Assembly (NCBI GenBank): GCA_963753345.1
Contig: CAVWBU010000049.1
Coordinates: forward strand, 160,001 to 224,000
Origin: an uncultured Fibrobacterota bacterium
Lineage (GTDB): Bacteria > Fibrobacterota > Chitinivibrionia > Chitinivibrionales > FEN-1185
Direction of reading: 5' to 3'
Length of the DNA stretch: 64,000 bases
Made by a program: the position numbers and the translations under genes. Under the pieces are notes generated by a model, which was not told where the DNA came from, searched no databases, and saw nothing but the letters and a program-made list of their open reading frames with translations. Shown here piece after piece: positions 19,314 to 28,946 of this stretch; position 1 is the first letter of the stretch, and each line of letters starts with the position of its first letter.

Positions 19314-19535
19314 CTAGAAATCAAGCGGATTGTTGTTGAAGAACAGGCCGAACGAGAACGCCGTCGTGAACGCGAGCCAGAGATACAGCAGGAGGTTGTT
19401 GAGGATGGATTCGCTTATCGATTGCTCCGAGTTCCTGTTCTGTCTGAGTTCACGGACGTGCTTCCAGACGGAACGACACGTCCATGCAAGGAGAAGGACC
19501 CCGGCGATCTTGGCAAGGAGAATCGACAATGGCAT
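19314..19535 (-). CDS. Small membrane protein (two TM segments)
   Basis: GAGG RBS; two hydrophobic stretches; co-oriented with neighbours. Confidence 0.65.
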   Translation of the reverse strand: MPLSILLAKIAGVLLLAWTCRSVWKHVRELRQNRNSEQSISESILNNLLLYLWLAFTTAFSFGLFFNNNPLDF

Positions 19536-19574
19536 TGTGTGCGTCCTCGAAAAGCTGTTAGCGATCCGCGGCGG

Positions 19575-20021
19575 CTATTCTTCGGCCGGACTCACACCCG
19601 GCGTTTGCTGCTGCGGAGGCGGCATGGGCGCGTCGAACGGAACCTTCACCGCCGCGAGCCTTCTTGAAAATATTTCCGCGCCGTCCCAGTTGACCACGAA
19701 TTCGTAGAACCCCTCCTCGGGAAGGGGCAGGCCGTTGATGTTGCCGCCGATTTCTATCACCGAGCGTCTGCTGTCGGCGGGCTCCACGTCCCAGGGCGGA
19801 AGGGTCATGGAGAACGATCCGCCTTCCTTGCGGAACACGAGCTGGAGCTGGCCTTTTTTCGCGACGTCGGTGATCGCGATGTATATCGCGCAGTTCCCGT
19901 GTTTCGAGGGAAAAAGCGGGCTGTTGATCGAGCTGAACGTGCCCGCGAGAACGCTCTTGCCGGTGTGCACGTCCCTGTAGTAGTAGTCGCACACGATCAT
20001 TGCAAGGACAATGGGCTTCAT
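19575..20021 (-). CDS. Conserved hypothetical protein (DUF6941-like)
   Basis: P.VLAMIVCD...D..TGK..L.GTF..I....FP pattern and PEEG.YEF motif. Confidence 0.7.
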   Translation of the reverse strand: MKPIVLAMIVCDYYYRDVHTGKSVLAGTFSSINSPLFPSKHGNCAIYIAITDVAKKGQLQLVFRKEGGSFSMTLPPWDVEPADSRRSVIEIGGNINGLPLPEEGFYEFVVNWDGAEIFSRRLAAVKVPFDAPMPPPQQQTPGVSPAEE

Positions 20022-20304
20022 CAAGGGTCTTCTTTCGCAAACATTCCCGCGCCGGCGAAGGGAATAAAATAATTCCTTCCATCCAACGGCAAAACCGCGG
20101 CGCGATAAAAAACGAACAAAGAGATCCGACGCCGGAGGTATTTTTATTCACGTATCGACTGCTTACCGCAGGCCGCTGCAACGGAGAAATACTTGCGTAA
20201 CATCGGCGACAGTAACTATACTTTTTCGTTCCCGTCCGCCGATGGGGGTTTCGTTTCCGTGTTTTCGCCGGGCCGCGATAGGATCCAGAGGTAGAGAGAC
20301 AACA

Positions 20305-20988
20305 ATGGCATTGCGAAGAGAAGAAGTGTATCGGAAGATTCTGCATTTTATATTCGGCACCATCATTCCGCTCGGAATATTCTACATACCCCGGTTCGCG
20401 GAGAAGCTTTCGTGGAGTCTCTTGCCGCCGTGGACCCTTCCGCCCCTCATCCTTGCGTTTTTCCTGATCATCTTCATCGCCATGGAGGCGCTTCGTTTCC
20501 GCGTGCCTGCCGTGCAGAACGTCTTCCACAGGGTTTTCGGCAGCATGCTGCGTCATTCGGAAAAGGAGAAGGCCACGGGCGCGACCTACATTCTCGCTTC
20601 GTCAATGCTCTGCTCGATCATTTTCAAGAACTACCCGCATGTGTCCCTCATGGCGCTTTCTTCCTTCATCTGGGGCGACGCCGTGGCTGCGCTGGTCGGC
20701 CAGAGCATAGGGAGGACTCGAATCAAGAGCAAGTCGCTCGAAGGATCAATCGGCTGCCTGGTGGTATGCCTCGTGTTCTTTCTTGCGGTTTTTCCGCACC
20801 TGCCGTCCCTCCTTGGCGACTGGAAGGGAAGGATCCCGCTCTCCCTTTCCATCATAGCATCACTGTGCATAACCGTGATGGAACTGTTTCCGATAAGGAT
20901 CGGAAAGTTCGAAATCAACGATAATTTCTCCGTGCCGATTATTACGGGGATAGTGATGATTATTCTTATATCCATTGTTATAAATTGA
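20305..20988 (+). CDS. SEC59/DGK1/VTE5-type (dolichol/phytol kinase-like) membrane protein
   Basis: E.YRK.LH, R.SEK..TGATY, GDAVAALVG..G, KSLEGS, NDNF.VP. Confidence 0.85.
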   Translation: MALRREEVYRKILHFIFGTIIPLGIFYIPRFAEKLSWSLLPPWTLPPLILAFFLIIFIAMEALRFRVPAVQNVFHRVFGSMLRHSEKEKATGATYILASSMLCSIIFKNYPHVSLMALSSFIWGDAVAALVGQSIGRTRIKSKSLEGSIGCLVVCLVFFLAVFPHLPSLLGDWKGRIPLSLSIIASLCITVMELFPIRIGKFEINDNFSVPIITGIVMIILISIVIN

Positions 20989-21020
20989 GATATTCAAGAA
21001 CGAATTCTTCATGCGGGTAC

Positions 21021-21172
21021 GGAGGGTTCCCCCTCGCTCCAGCCCGGCGCGCGGTTCCAATCGGTTGCTCATGTCAATTGCGCGCCGGTCTTTCGCTACC
21101 CCCTCCAGGGTGGCCCCCAAGTGAGGTGATTTGCGAGAATAAGTTGCTGCGGTTGGGGGGCACCCGCGGAGA
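21021..21172 (+). repeat. Structured intergenic repeat, arm A copy 2
   Basis: CTCCAGGGTGGCCCCC..GGGGGCACCCGCGGAG stem. Confidence 0.75.
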
Positions 21173-21227
21173 ATTGTCGAAGAGATTTCCAATGGATCTG
21201 TCATCATCCCACCTTTGAGAAGAAGAA

Positions 21228-22077
21228 GTGTTGCTTTCAACCAAATCCATAAAAACCTTCCAAAAAGAAATTCTTGGCTATTATCAAAAACATGGCAGGA
21301 GAAATGACGTGGAGGGAAACGAACGATCCGTATCGCATCCTGGTTTCAGAAATCATGCTGCAGCAGACGCAGGTTGCAAGGGTCGAGGAGAAGTACCCGC
21401 AGTTTGTGAAGGCCTTTCCCGGTTTCAAGGCTCTCGACAGGGCAGCGCTTGCTAAAGTGTACGGCGTGTGGCAGGGAATGGGCTACAACCGGCGCGCCCT
21501 TGCATTAAAGAAAACAGCCCGCATTGTTGTCAACGATTACAAGGGCGCGCTGCCGCGCACGCACGAAGAACTGTGCGCCCTGCCAGGGATAGGCAAGGCA
21601 ACTGCGTCGTCGATCATGGCGTTTGCATTCAACCTGCCTGCGGTTTTTGTTGAAACGAACATCCGCACGGTTTTCATCCATTTTTTTTTCAAAGGCAACA
21701 ATAAAGTTGCGGATGAAGAGATTCTGCCGCTTGTTGAACAGTGCCTGTACAAGAAAAATCCGTGCATGTGGTACTGGGCGCTCATGGATTACGGGACCAT
21801 GCTGAAGAAGAGCGGCGAGGATAAGAATGCGAGAAGCAAACATTACAAAAAGCAGAGCAGGTTTGAGGGGTCGAGGAGGCAGAAAAGGGGAAAGGTGATT
21901 AGGATTTTGCTTGATTGTAATAGCTTGACATTAAAAGAGATATGTGATAGGATGAAGGTTGGAAATGAGGTTAAAAATGAAGAGTTGAGAGTTGAGAGTG
22001 AAGAAATAAGAACCATTGTTGCTGAGTTGACGAGGGAGGGGATGGTGAGAGAGAAAAAGGGTAGGTATTTTCTGTGA
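21228..22077 (+). CDS. mutY: A/G-specific adenine glycosylase, short form; +1 frameshift near 21300
   Basis: Y..HGR|EMTWR..DPYRILVSEIMLQQTQV, GMGYNRRA, LPGIG..TA, ALMDYG. Confidence 0.85.
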
Positions 22078-22177
22078 ACGAGTGGGTGAGATGGCTGTTG
22101 ACAGGAAGGATGGAGAAAATGGTTTTTTGGGAAGGAAGAGCTGGTTTCTTAAGGATTCAATAGGAGTGATACAAACC

Positions 22178-22321
22178 ATGAAAAGCAGAAAAAAGTCTTT
22201 CGCCAGGCGTGTCACTATTGATGGACTCTGGAACCGGATAGGGCGGACTTTAAAACGCAAGGGGTATTGCAAAGCGGATATTCCCGAGCTCATCAAACAA
22301 GCCCGCAAGGCAGAAAAATAG
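22178..22321 (+). CDS. Short basic ORF, possible antitoxin remnant
   Basis: AGGAG RBS; 'KGY..ADIPELIKQAR' tail; followed by a PIN-like stub. Confidence 0.35.
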   Translation: MKSRKKSFARRVTIDGLWNRIGRTLKRKGYCKADIPELIKQARKAEK

Positions 22322-22342
22322 GGGCGGTGATCGAGACATTTA

Positions 22343-22374
22343 TTGACTTGTTGAACGGTGAGAATTAAGTTCCT
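22343..22374 (+). promoter_or_regulatory. Sigma70-like promoter TTGACT-N17-TAAGTT
   Basis: Near-identical motif at 27749-27781. Confidence 0.55.
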
Positions 22375-22376
22375 GC

Positions 22377-24377
22377 ATGACTGCCAAGGACACTCTCGAT
22401 GACACCAACCTGCCGGTGCAGAAAAATTTCATGAACCAATCGAACCGTTCGAAACTAACCCTGATTGCCGCTGTCACGGCCGCTGCCGCGGTCGTCCTCG
22501 TCGCTGTCCTCGTTCTTCTTCCCCGGCTCCTGCCGCAACAGAAAATCCATTACACCGGCATTACGGTGGAGTACCCGTACGCGGGAAGTCTGTTTCCCGC
22601 GGATATTATCGCCCCGACTTTCAAATGGCGGGATATCATTCTGGAGGCGGATCTCTGGAAAATCACCGTGACGTTCGAAGACGGCAAGGCGCCTTTGGAA
22701 TACCGTACCGATGAAAGACAGTGGCGGCCCTCAAAAGAGGTATGGGAAACCATTAAAAAACGATCCATCGAGAAGAGTGTCACTGTTAGGATTCGCGGCT
22801 TTATCAGCGAAAAACCGAAAACGGTCGTGTCGGAAGGAGCCGTCGAATTCGGCACGTCGAAGGACCCTGTGGCCGCTCCCATTTTTTACCGCGAAGTCAA
22901 CCTGCCCTTCGAGGAGGCGGTCAAGGACCCCACGAATATCCAATGGCGCTTCGGCACGGTCGCATCCGACAATCCGCCGCGGATCGTGCTCCGGAAGCTG
23001 CCCGTGTGCGGCAACTGCCATTCGTTTTCCAAGGACGGCCGCACCATCGGCCTGGAGGTGGACTCCGGCAACGACAAGGGCGCCTATGCGGTTATGCCGA
23101 TCGTGCAGGACATCCTTCTTGACAGAACGAAAATCATCAGCTGGTCTTCGTACAAAAAGGAAGAAAAGGACCCCACCTTCGGCCTTCTCTGCCAGGTTTC
23201 GCCCGACGGCAGGTACGTGGTCGGAACGGTCAAGGACCAGGCGCTCGCGGTCTATCGTCCGGACCTCATGTTTTCCCAGCTGTTTTTCCTTATCAAGGGA
23301 ATCCTTGCGATTTACGACAGACAAGCCAGAACGTTCGCCGCGCTTCCCGGCGCGGACGACCGGCGCTTCGTGCAGACCAACGCCACCTGGAGCCCGGACG
23401 GGAATTACCTCGTTTATCCCCGCAGCAAGGCGTACGACATCGAGGCGATCCGGCGGCTGCACACCGCGCTCGTGGGCGGGCCGATGGCCGAAGCTTTCAT
23501 CGCAAACCAGGGCAAGTCGTACAAGTACGATCTGTACAAAATTCCATTCAACGGCGGCAAGGGCGGAACGGCCCAGCCCCTTGCGGGCGCGAGCAGCGAC
23601 AGCATGAGCAACTATTTCGCGAAGTACTCGCCCGACGGCAAATGGATTGTTTTTTGCAAAGCCAAGAACTATATGCTGCTCCAGCCGGACAGCAAACTGT
23701 ATATCATGCCCTCACAGGGAGGCGAGGCGCGGCAGCTTGCCTGCAACACGGCGATGATGAACTCCTGGCACAGCTTTTCGCCCAATGGACGATGGCTGGT
23801 GTTCTCATCGAAGGTGAACGGCCCCTTTACCCAACTTTTTCTGGCGCACCTCGACGAGAACGGGAACAGCGCGCCGCCCGTCGCGCTTGAGAACTTTACA
23901 AGCGCAAACAGGGCCGCGAACATTCCCGAGTTCGTGAATACCGATCCCGACGCGCTGATGAAAATCGAGGCGGATTATCTGGACGCCTATTCGTATTACC
24001 GGATCGCCAATACGTTTCATATGTGCGGCGATTTGGAACGGGCGATTCCCGCCTACCGCCTCGCGCTCAAGTATAATCCCAAGGACTACCACGCGCACAA
24101 CAACCTCGGCGCGCTGTTGTATCATTTTGGACAGTACGAGCAGGCGGTTAAGGAATTCACCGCCGCCAACGACCTCCATATCGACGACGAAGATCATTAC
24201 CAGGCCCATACCAACTACGGCAAGTACCTGATCGACCAGGGGGAATTCGGCAAGGCCGTGGAGGAATTGACAAAAGCATATAAACTGCACCCGGACAGCC
24301 TCACGAAGAAGAACCTCGAAACGGCGCGCAATCATAAAAAAACGATTGTCGAGCAGAAGGCGCTTCAGTATCAGTAG
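22377..24377 (+). CDS. Membrane-anchored TolB-like/PD40 beta-propeller protein with CxxCH motif and C-terminal TPRs
   Basis: N-terminal TM, CGNCH, repeated SPDG/SPNG, TPR 'AHNNLGALL..G.YEQA'. Confidence 0.85.
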   Translation: MTAKDTLDDTNLPVQKNFMNQSNRSKLTLIAAVTAAAAVVLVAVLVLLPRLLPQQKIHYTGITVEYPYAGSLFPADIIAPTFKWRDIILEADLWKITVTFEDGKAPLEYRTDERQWRPSKEVWETIKKRSIEKSVTVRIRGFISEKPKTVVSEGAVEFGTSKDPVAAPIFYREVNLPFEEAVKDPTNIQWRFGTVASDNPPRIVLRKLPVCGNCHSFSKDGRTIGLEVDSGNDKGAYAVMPIVQDILLDRTKIISWSSYKKEEKDPTFGLLCQVSPDGRYVVGTVKDQALAVYRPDLMFSQLFFLIKGILAIYDRQARTFAALPGADDRRFVQTNATWSPDGNYLVYPRSKAYDIEAIRRLHTALVGGPMAEAFIANQGKSYKYDLYKIPFNGGKGGTAQPLAGASSDSMSNYFAKYSPDGKWIVFCKAKNYMLLQPDSKLYIMPSQGGEARQLACNTAMMNSWHSFSPNGRWLVFSSKVNGPFTQLFLAHLDENGNSAPPVALENFTSANRAANIPEFVNTDPDALMKIEADYLDAYSYYRIANTFHMCGDLERAIPAYRLALKYNPKDYHAHNNLGALLYHFGQYEQAVKEFTAANDLHIDDEDHYQAHTNYGKYLIDQGEFGKAVEELTKAYKLHPDSLTKKNLETARNHKKTIVEQKALQYQ

Positions 24378-24604
24378 GACATTGCGGCCATCGATGGTGA
24401 TCGGCTGATAAACGCTAGCTTGGTATGAGTTAAACGCAAACAACAAGATCAGGAGTGACAAAAGTATTATTTCCTATTGCCACTTGTGTAGTGATTGTAT
24501 TCACCTGACACCTAAAATGCTCTGGGCTTGAACTGATACAACATCTTCACTTCACAACTGCCGCTCCAAGGGTGCGCGCTTGTGTAAATCCATTTCCATA
24601 TTTT

Positions 24605-24637
24605 CTCCCTCTCCCCGCGGGAGAGGGCGGGGTGAGG
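24605..24637. repeat. REP-like palindrome, inverted copy of 723-758
   Basis: CTCCCTCTCCCCGCGGGAGAGGGCGGGGTGAGG. Confidence 0.75.
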
Positions 24638-24858
24638 TTGTTTCGGTCTTGCCACAGGTCCAACCACGCCGCACCCCGCGAAGCTCTCAAAAGCATTTCA
24701 ATTTATTCATTTATCAAGTGTAGAATTCGATTGTCGGATGAATATTATATCAGGACAATTTATCAAATAAATTTGTATCTGTCCCGTCAAAAACCATATA
24801 TTCTATTGTTAGTGTTGTCAGGGTGAAGTAGAAACTTCTTTAAAAGGGGGAGGGTTCT

Positions 24859-27687
24859 ATGTCAGGAAGAGTTTCATTGTTAATCGCTTTAGCGGTCTGC
24901 ATCTTCACACAAAACGGCCTTGCGGAAACATATCAGGGCGAACCCAGCAACCGGATCAAGATCAACCTCGGCGCGACGGCCTGGAAACTCATCAAATCCG
25001 ACGCGATCGGCGGGCAAACCCTGGCATACAACGATGCGTCCGGCGTAGACATCGGCGTGCCATACTGCATGGCCGAGAACGATGTATTTGTCAACAACAC
25101 CTCGGGTGGCGGCAATCTTACCGGCGGGCCCTATTGGTACCGCAAGAAGTTCAAACTTTCTCCGGCTTTTCAGGGCAAAAAGGTGTTTCTTGAAATCGAG
25201 GGAGCCCATCTCGGATGTCAGGTCTATTTCAACGAAACAATGATGCCCACCTCAAGCGCGGAAAATCCCCAGGCAACGCACGTCGTGGGTTTCATCGGGA
25301 CCATTCACGACGTGACCAGCCTGGCGAAATTCGACGGCTCGGACAATCTCGTGGCGATACGCGTGGGCATGGGGGGCGGATTTTTTGCCGATCCGGGTTT
25401 CTCGACCGTGTTCAGGTTCGGCCAGGGCGACGCGGGCGTTTTCAGGCCCGTGTGGCTGCACATCACCGACAATGTCCACGTGCCTTCGAACGTCTATTCG
25501 AACCTCAAACAGTGGGGCACCTACGTGGCAACCACATCGGTTGCGACTGACCTCTCCTCCGCCGTGGTGAGGGTCCTCACCAACGTGATGAACGAGAACG
25601 CAACCGACCAGACCGTCACGCTCACCACCAAGATCGTAGACGTATCGAACAATAATGTCGTGGCCTCCAAAGACGCGACCCATCTGATCCCCGCGGGCCA
25701 GACCTGGGAGTTCGACCAGGCCGACACCATCGCCAATCCCAAGCTGTGGTGGCCCAACAACAGCATTTACGGCAAGCCCAACATGCACACGGTGTACCAC
25801 ATTGTCAAGGTCGGCGGCGTGACCGTTGACGTGTTTACGAGCCCGCTGGGAATACGCACCATCACCTGGGACAAAAACTTTCCGTATATTAACGGCAAGG
25901 TTCACCACCTGTACGGCGGCGCGTCGCGCTACGACTATCCGGCGCTGGGCACCGGGCTTCCGCCCGGCATCGAATTCCGTGACGCCAAGCTGATGGCCGA
26001 CGTGGGCGGCAACCTCTGGCGGCCGGGCCATTCGTCGTGCTCGATCGGCTTCGTGAACGCGTGCGACGTCTACGGCATCATGCTCATCGACCCGAGCGGC
26101 GAGGGCGAGGGAGCGTTCGGCGGCTCGTCGCCTTCCGATGCCAAGGGCACCCTGAAATGCGAACTCCACCGCGACATGATCATCCGCGACCGGAACCATC
26201 CCTCGCTCCTTGCCTGGGAGGCATCCAATGGCGACATGGCGCAGGCCATGGCCGACTCGCTCCGAGGCCTGTCAAACGTGTGGGACTCGCTCAGTCCCCG
26301 GGCCCAGAACCTCCGGGGCGCTCCGTTTGAAGAAGGCTTCGACGATCTGCATTCCTGTACCTTGACAGGATGCGATGCCCAGCAGAAGCCGTTCCATCCG
26401 GACTGGCCCTGGTGGGGCGCCGAGTACTGGGGATCCCCCACGTCGCGCTTCGCATACGACTACCAGATCCAGTTTTCGGCGGGATTCCTGCACGACTGGG
26501 CCGGCGGCATCACGAACAACTGCTTCGGCATGGTGCAGTGGTATTTCGCGGAAACGCCCGGAGAGGTCCAGACGTTCCTCGGCGGCGGCGGAACGGCCCG
26601 CTCGTTCGGCTCCTCCATGTGCGATTTCAACCGCCTGCCGAAATTTCTCTATTATCAATACGGCGTGTGCTGGGTGCCTTACAGCCTGCAGCCGCGGATC
26701 GCCATCGCCAACCACTGGAACCGCTCCGGCGGCAGTGTGCGGGTCGACGTGTGGAGCAACTGTCCCAAGGTGCGTCTCAGCGTGAACGGGACCGCGGTCG
26801 CAACACAGGCGCCCAACGGCAGGCTTGGCGCGGCCGGCGGCATCAACGACGTGACCAACACCACCACGCAGCTGCCGTACCAGTGCACGTTCCAGAACGT
26901 GACGTGGGCAGCCGGGACGCTCAAGGCCGAGGGGCTTGACTCGACCGGAAATGTGGTCTGCACCGACCAGCAGATCACGGCAGGCACGGCCGACCACGTC
27001 GTGCTCTGGGTCGATACCAACATGCAGCGGCCCGGGCACGTCAAGATCCCCATCACCGCCAACGGCACCGACGTCGCGCTCATCAAGGCAACGGTTGTCG
27101 ACGCGAATGGAAACTGGTGCCCCACCGCGAGCGGGATCGTCTCGTGGCATGTGACCGGGCCGGCCACATACCGCGGCGGATCAGACCAGTTCGTGGGGCC
27201 GGGCGGCCTCGGGTACCACGCGCCGGGCGACACGAACCTCAACATCGAGGGCGGCATGGCCATGGTGGCGGTGCGGTCGCAGTTTACAACCGGCACCGTC
27301 ACGGTGGGCGCAACGGTTGCGGGACTGCCGAATCCCTCCGCATCGGTATCCTACGATATCACGCCCGTTCTCGACATCGTAAGAACCGATACGGTTCCTG
27401 TAACCGGCGTCAGGGTGGCGCCCGCGTATCGCACCATGCCCGCAGTGAAACTGGCAATGACCGGCAGGGTCCTGAAATATTATCTGAGTACGACAGCGGT
27501 CGTCGGGGTCGACATTATGAATGCATCGGGAAGACTGGTGCAGAAGATTCCAGCAACGAGGCAGATGGAAGGATGGCATCCGATAGGACTGACGGCGCGT
27601 CAGGTCCAGGGAAGTGGTATGCTGCTGTTCAGGTTTACGGTTGACGGAGTAGCGTTGAAGGTGAAGCAGTTTGTGGTTATGAGATGA
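24859..27687 (+). CDS. Glycoside hydrolase family 2, secreted, with C-terminal CTD-like tag
   Basis: WYRKKF, KVFLEIEG, G.FRPVWL, PKLWWP, GIRTITW, RDRNHPS...W..SN, W.AGTLKA. Confidence 0.9.
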   Translation: MSGRVSLLIALAVCIFTQNGLAETYQGEPSNRIKINLGATAWKLIKSDAIGGQTLAYNDASGVDIGVPYCMAENDVFVNNTSGGGNLTGGPYWYRKKFKLSPAFQGKKVFLEIEGAHLGCQVYFNETMMPTSSAENPQATHVVGFIGTIHDVTSLAKFDGSDNLVAIRVGMGGGFFADPGFSTVFRFGQGDAGVFRPVWLHITDNVHVPSNVYSNLKQWGTYVATTSVATDLSSAVVRVLTNVMNENATDQTVTLTTKIVDVSNNNVVASKDATHLIPAGQTWEFDQADTIANPKLWWPNNSIYGKPNMHTVYHIVKVGGVTVDVFTSPLGIRTITWDKNFPYINGKVHHLYGGASRYDYPALGTGLPPGIEFRDAKLMADVGGNLWRPGHSSCSIGFVNACDVYGIMLIDPSGEGEGAFGGSSPSDAKGTLKCELHRDMIIRDRNHPSLLAWEASNGDMAQAMADSLRGLSNVWDSLSPRAQNLRGAPFEEGFDDLHSCTLTGCDAQQKPFHPDWPWWGAEYWGSPTSRFAYDYQIQFSAGFLHDWAGGITNNCFGMVQWYFAETPGEVQTFLGGGGTARSFGSSMCDFNRLPKFLYYQYGVCWVPYSLQPRIAIANHWNRSGGSVRVDVWSNCPKVRLSVNGTAVATQAPNGRLGAAGGINDVTNTTTQLPYQCTFQNVTWAAGTLKAEGLDSTGNVVCTDQQITAGTADHVVLWVDTNMQRPGHVKIPITANGTDVALIKATVVDANGNWCPTASGIVSWHVTGPATYRGGSDQFVGPGGLGYHAPGDTNLNIEGGMAMVAVRSQFTTGTVTVGATVAGLPNPSASVSYDITPVLDIVRTDTVPVTGVRVAPAYRTMPAVKLAMTGRVLKYYLSTTAVVGVDIMNASGRLVQKIPATRQMEGWHPIGLTARQVQGSGMLLFRFTVDGVALKVKQFVVMR

Positions 27688-27710
27688 TAGGGTGATGAGA
27701 TTAAAGGGTG

Positions 27711-27744
27711 AAATGCCGTGGGCGAAAGTCCGCGGCATTTTTTT
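27711..27744 (+). terminator. Intrinsic terminator after the GH2 gene
   Basis: AAATGCCGTGGGC-GAAA-GTCCGCGGCATTT stem plus T-run. Confidence 0.85.
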
Positions 27745-27748
27745 ATTG

Positions 27749-27781
27749 TTGACTTGTGGCATAGGTGAGAATTAAGTTCCT
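27749..27781 (+). promoter_or_regulatory. Sigma70-like promoter TTGACT-N18-TAAGTT
   Basis: Shares TTGACTTGT and GGTGAGAATTAAGTTCCT with 22343-22374. Confidence 0.55.
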
Positions 27782-27809
27782 CCTTGACAGTCAACAAAGG
27801 ATGGTTACG

Positions 27810-28493
27810 ATGAAGCCGCGTCTAATCTCCATAGCCCTTGGACTGTTTCTGCTTGTTCCCCCTGTTCATCTATTCGCGGCTGACACAATATCCTTATCCA
27901 TCGATGTTTTTACCTGCCAGACATCCGACCCGGGAGACTGCTCATATATCAAGTGGCAGAATCATCTTGCGGATACCTCCTGCGACAGCGTTCTGAAGCA
28001 CTACCCGCTGTATATTGTTAAATTCTATGCGCGTCCTGCCAGCGGGTATGCGCTCTCACCATCGATACATATCGGCGACTTTACAGTAGGGGAAACGGGA
28101 AGCTCCACTCTCGGCGGGACTTTCTTTATATTTTACAAAGTGTATACCGATTCTTTATTCAGATGTTTTGCCGGAAAGACGGTGTGGATTCTGCCGGCGT
28201 ATCCGCAGGATCCTGTGCAGAAGGGAATATTCCCGGATTCGATTGCACTTTCCCGCATTGATTCGTTGGTCGGTTGCGGGGTCCAATTTTTGCCGACCTA
28301 TTCCGAGGTTTTCGACAGTTCAACAGGAATCAGCAGCGGCAAACCCTCATTTCGAAATCGATTATCTTTCACGAATACCTGTGCTGCACAAAATCGTTTG
28401 GCGGAATTCAATCTTAGGGGACAGAGGACAGGGCATCCGGAAGTTTCTGGAGCGGTTATTTCCAAGGGCAGGGTGATGATGAACTGGCAATAG
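27810..28493 (+). CDS. Secreted hypothetical protein with short 'EFNLRGQR' tail
   Basis: Signal peptide ending LFA; tail resembles those of 59034 and 60278. Confidence 0.7.
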   Translation: MKPRLISIALGLFLLVPPVHLFAADTISLSIDVFTCQTSDPGDCSYIKWQNHLADTSCDSVLKHYPLYIVKFYARPASGYALSPSIHIGDFTVGETGSSTLGGTFFIFYKVYTDSLFRCFAGKTVWILPAYPQDPVQKGIFPDSIALSRIDSLVGCGVQFLPTYSEVFDSSTGISSGKPSFRNRLSFTNTCAAQNRLAEFNLRGQRTGHPEVSGAVISKGRVMMNWQ

Positions 28494-28580
28494 AGACTAT
28501 CGATACTCTTTAACATTATGAGCGCGGATATCCTCACCAATAGCATAAAAAGCTAAATCCTTCTTCTGTGCCATGATCAT

Positions 28581-28617
28581 CACTTCGACAAAGCTTGTCC
28601 TGTCGAAGTGCTCAGTG
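28581..28617. repeat. REP-like palindrome (CACTTCGACA..TGTCGAAGTG-CTCAGTG)
   Basis: 10-bp perfect stem in an intergenic region. Confidence 0.5.
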
Positions 28618-28946
28618 CAGGCCTTGATCGCGCTGCAAAGTCAACCCAATAATCCTTGCTCTCTGTCAATGGCTCCTTGAATAAGCTCCTTGGTCCTGTC
28701 TCTCATCAATCTATCTTTTTCCGCTTTGATGATTTTTCATTGCCGAAATTCTCCGGGTACAGCGCCGGCTCAATGACAATCCGCACGCACGGCGGGAGCC
28801 GCGCCACCGCATGCAACGAAGCCAAATCCTTTTCCTATGCCGCAATCGCTCTTGATCGTGCTGTAAATTCAATTTGCATGAGCGATTCAAAGCCATACGC
28901 GTGTCTTTAGGAGAGGGAACAGGATCCATCCACGGAGGGAAATGCC

